From: an uncultured Gemmataceae bacterium
Lineage (GTDB): Bacteria > Planctomycetota > Planctomycetia > Gemmatales > Gemmataceae
Direction of reading: 5' to 3'
Assembly: GCA_963750165.1 (NCBI GenBank)
Contig: CAVVPN010000011.1
Location: 2,208,001 to 2,272,000 of the forward strand
Length of the DNA: 64,000 nucleotides
The notes below the pieces were generated by a model, which was given only the letters and a program-made list of their open reading frames with translations, was not told where the DNA came from and did not search any database. Below are positions 62,456 through 64,000 of the stretch, piece by piece (position 1 is the first letter of the stretch; every line of letters begins with the position of its first letter). The translations under genes and the position numbers were made by a program.

Positions 62456-62490
62456 AAAGAAAGGCCCCGGCCGTTCACTGGTCGGGGCCT
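62456..62490 (-). terminator. Terminator facing the incoming tRNA-array transcript
   Basis: Minus strand AGGCCCCGACC...GGCCGGGGCCT-TTCTTT. Confidence 0.65.
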
Positions 62491-62509
62491 GATGCGAGAC
62501 TTGTGAAAT

Positions 62510-62552
62510 ATTGGAGAAAGTGCCTTCTCCTGCTCCCAGGAGCGTCGCTTCT
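62510..62552. repeat. Right att junction: arm ATTGGAGAAAGTGC, core CTCCCAGGAGC and the tRNA-Trp 5' end
   Basis: See the left junction; 62546-62552 encodes the 5' acceptor strand AGAAGCG. Confidence 0.9.
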
Positions 62553-62561
62553 GTTCGTCAG

Positions 62562-62635
62562 GGTGTCCGGGGGGAATTGAACCCACCACCGCGACATTCA
62601 CAGTGTCGCATGCCGGCCATTACAACACGAACACC
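62562..62635 (-). tRNA. tRNA-His(GTG)
   Basis: CGACA-CTGTGAA-TGTCG; G-1 and C73. Confidence 0.85.
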
Positions 62636-62645
62636 ATCAATCCAG

Positions 62646-62715
62646 TTGCAGGCTCCGGTAACGATCCGGACGAGCCGGCCTTATGAGAGCCAGCCGGACG
62701 CCTGTCACGCCTGCA
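62646..62715 (-). tRNA. tRNA-Met(CAT)-like, atypical
   Basis: Acceptor TGCAGGC/GCCTGCA; loop CTCATAA; short D arm; T loop ATCGTTA. Confidence 0.6.
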
Positions 62716-62722
62716 CCAGCAG

Positions 62723-62801
62723 AATCAGCAGGAGGAGTCGAACCTCTTGGCAGTAGTTTTGCAGACCACCGGGGCACCATGTCCCTTCAGCCACTGCTGA
62801 C
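62723..62801 (-). tRNA. tRNA-Cys(GCA), atypical D arm
   Basis: Loop CTGCAAA; GGTTCGACTCC; enlarged D region. Confidence 0.7.
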
Positions 62802-62808
62802 GTTCCAG

Positions 62809-62892
62809 CGGAAAGGGAGGGAGTCGAACCCTCAAGGCTCATCGCTCAACCGTTTTCGGGACGGTCGCCATCGCCGATTGGCTTGCCTTTCC
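62809..62892 (-). tRNA. tRNA-Ser(CGA)
   Basis: Acceptor GGAAAGG/CCTTTCC; loop CCCGAAA; long variable arm; G73. Confidence 0.85.
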
Positions 62893-62903
62893 GTTTCACC
62901 CAG

Positions 62904-62975
62904 TTGGGGAGGTGGGAATCGAACCCACTTGCTCCAGCTCCCAAGGCTGGCGGACCGCCATTGTCCCACACCCCA
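62904..62975 (-). tRNA. tRNA-Pro(TGG)
   Basis: CCAGC-CTTGGGA-GCTGG; GGTTCGATTCC. Confidence 0.8.
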
Positions 62976-62992
62976 ATGTCACGCGCACGCAG

Positions 62993-63064
62993 TAGGGGCA
63001 GTTGGAATCGAACCAACACCTTCCTGTTTAAGAGACAGGTATGCCGCCGCTACACCATACCCCC
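62993..63064 (-). tRNA. tRNA-Lys(CTT)
   Basis: CCTGT-CTCTTAA-ACAGG; GGTTCGATTCC. Confidence 0.88.
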
Positions 63065-63088
63065 AGATCAATCGAACCGCCATCAACG

Positions 63089-63120
63089 AAAAAAGGCCGG
63101 GTGTCTGGTGACACCCGGCC
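63089..63120 (-). terminator. Attenuator terminator upstream of the tRNA array
   Basis: GGCCGGGTGT-CACCAG-ACACCCGGCC-TTTTTT, ending about 25 nt before the first tRNA. Confidence 0.85.
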
Positions 63121-63150
63121 CACACGCTGCTCGCGTGGAGTCCCGCAATG

Positions 63151-63240
63151 TCACAACCGTAAGTTGCACCGGCACGGCGCCATCGACGTGGGTTTATGCC
63201 ACGAATGGGGCTGCATCAAGTTAGTCCGTGCGGTCAACAT
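63151..63240 (-). CDS. Putative leader peptide MLTARTNLMQPHSWHKPTSMAPCRCNLRL
   Basis: GAGGA RBS; 29 codons; stop codon lies inside a predicted antiterminator stem. Confidence 0.7.
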   Translation of the reverse strand: MLTARTNLMQPHSWHKPTSMAPCRCNLRL

Positions 63241-63282
63241 GGGTTCCTCAATTCGTCTCAGGATTAGCGTCTCACGTAGTAG

Positions 63283-63309
63283 TAGACGCGGCCACCCGGG
63301 AACTGGTTC
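63283..63309 (-). promoter_or_regulatory. ECF-sigma-like promoter
   Basis: GAACC-N16-CGTCTA upstream of the leader ORF. Confidence 0.5.
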
Positions 63310-63349
63310 GCCAGGAAAACGAAATTATTTGCCAGACTTGCGCGACAAT

Positions 63350-63473
63350 TAGAGCGGCTTGCGGTTGGGTGTAGCGGTCTGGGGTAGGTGCCGCGAGCCG
63401 AGCGGCACCCGCAGCCAGTCCGGCTCGGCTCGCCGGACCTACTACCCGCTACACGCACCTGCAATCCGCTCTA
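63350..63473. mobile_element. TA-flanked MITE with nested REP pair
   Basis: TAGAGCGG...CCGCTCTA ends; GGGTGTAGCGG shell around a GTAGGT...ACCTAC pair; overlaps the yjbQ stop. Confidence 0.78.
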
Positions 63474-63887
63474 GTCGCCCAGCACCGTCACCACGACGGT
63501 GCGCTTGCGCGGCCGGATGTCGCACTCCACGAAGATGACCTGTTGCCAGGTGCCCAGGATCAGCTTGCCGCGGCCGACCGGCACCGTCAGCGACGGCCCC
63601 AGCAGCGTCGCCTGCAGGTGGGAATGGCCGTTGCCGTCGTGCCACGCTTGCTCGTGGCCGTAGTCGCGGCTCGGCGGAATCAGGCGGTCCAGCAGTTCCG
63701 GCAGGTCGCGGCGCAGCCCCGGCTCGAACTCGATGGCGCCGATTGCTGCCGTGCTGCCAACGCAGAAGACGTCAGCAATCCCCGTTTTGATCCCCGAGCG
63801 GGCCACCACCGCCGCGACCTCGTCGGTCAGGTCATGCAGTTCGCCGTGGCCGCGCGTGTGCAGGCTCAGCGTTTCCTGATGCGTCAC
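63471..63887 (-). CDS. yjbQ: YjbQ/UPF0047 family protein
   Basis: DLTDEV, GSTAA, DGNGHSHL, LGTWQ. Confidence 0.9.
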   Translation of the reverse strand: MTHQETLSLHTRGHGELHDLTDEVAAVVARSGIKTGIADVFCVGSTAAIGAIEFEPGLRRDLPELLDRLIPPSRDYGHEQAWHDGNGHSHLQATLLGPSLTVPVGRGKLILGTWQQVIFVECDIRPRKRTVVVTVLGD

Positions 63888-63891
63888 GGCG

Positions 63892-64000
63892 TCACTCCTT
63901 CTTTTCGCGGTGCCACCAGGCCGCCGAGCACCGCCGCCCAGCGGCTCATGGCCATCAGCAACAACAGGCCCACCGATACCATCACGAACAGCGTCATCAC
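63892..64000 (-). CDS. C-terminus of a membrane protein (partial)
   Basis: Hydrophobic frame VMTLFVMVSVGLLLLMAMSRW...KEGE-like end stopping at 63892. Confidence 0.45.

Larger units (their letters stand above)
38384..62535. mobile_element. ~24.15-kb integrated prophage or phage satellite using a large serine recombinase
   Basis: att direct repeat and symmetric arms; integrase, AlpA, primase-helicase, capsid and tail-like genes, XRE repressor. Confidence 0.9.

Overview
GC-rich bacterial chromosome window. Gene content (zinc-ribbon SpoVG, WD40 and Ser/Thr kinase genes, Lys-rich secreted proteins, PEP-CTERM) suggests a Planctomycetota, probably Gemmataceae-like; this is inference. Positions 1-38.2 kb are mostly core or metabolic genes (pckA, hemL, ispE, spoVG, thrC, type-2 ileS, pepF, a phosphonate-catabolism operon), plus a tRNA-Leu(UAA) with a group I intron and many MITE/REP repeats. 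A minus-strand array of nine tRNAs (Lys, Pro, Ser, Cys, Met, His, Trp, Thr, Arg) is split inside tRNA-Trp by a ~24.15 kb serine-integrase element (38384-62535). The element has clean att sites, a P4/PICI-like replication module, a polyvalent protein and Mu-like head and tail-tube genes, but no recognisable large terminase, portal, tape measure or lysis genes. The top candidate for an undescribed system lies upstream of the array: a 29-codon leader peptide containing all nine amino acids the array supplies, often as the exact cognate codons, followed by mutually exclusive antiterminator and terminator hairpins and preceded by an ECF-like promoter. This looks like ribosome-stalling attenuation of a tRNA operon. 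Many single-base frameshifts, including in housekeeping genes, are probably assembly errors.
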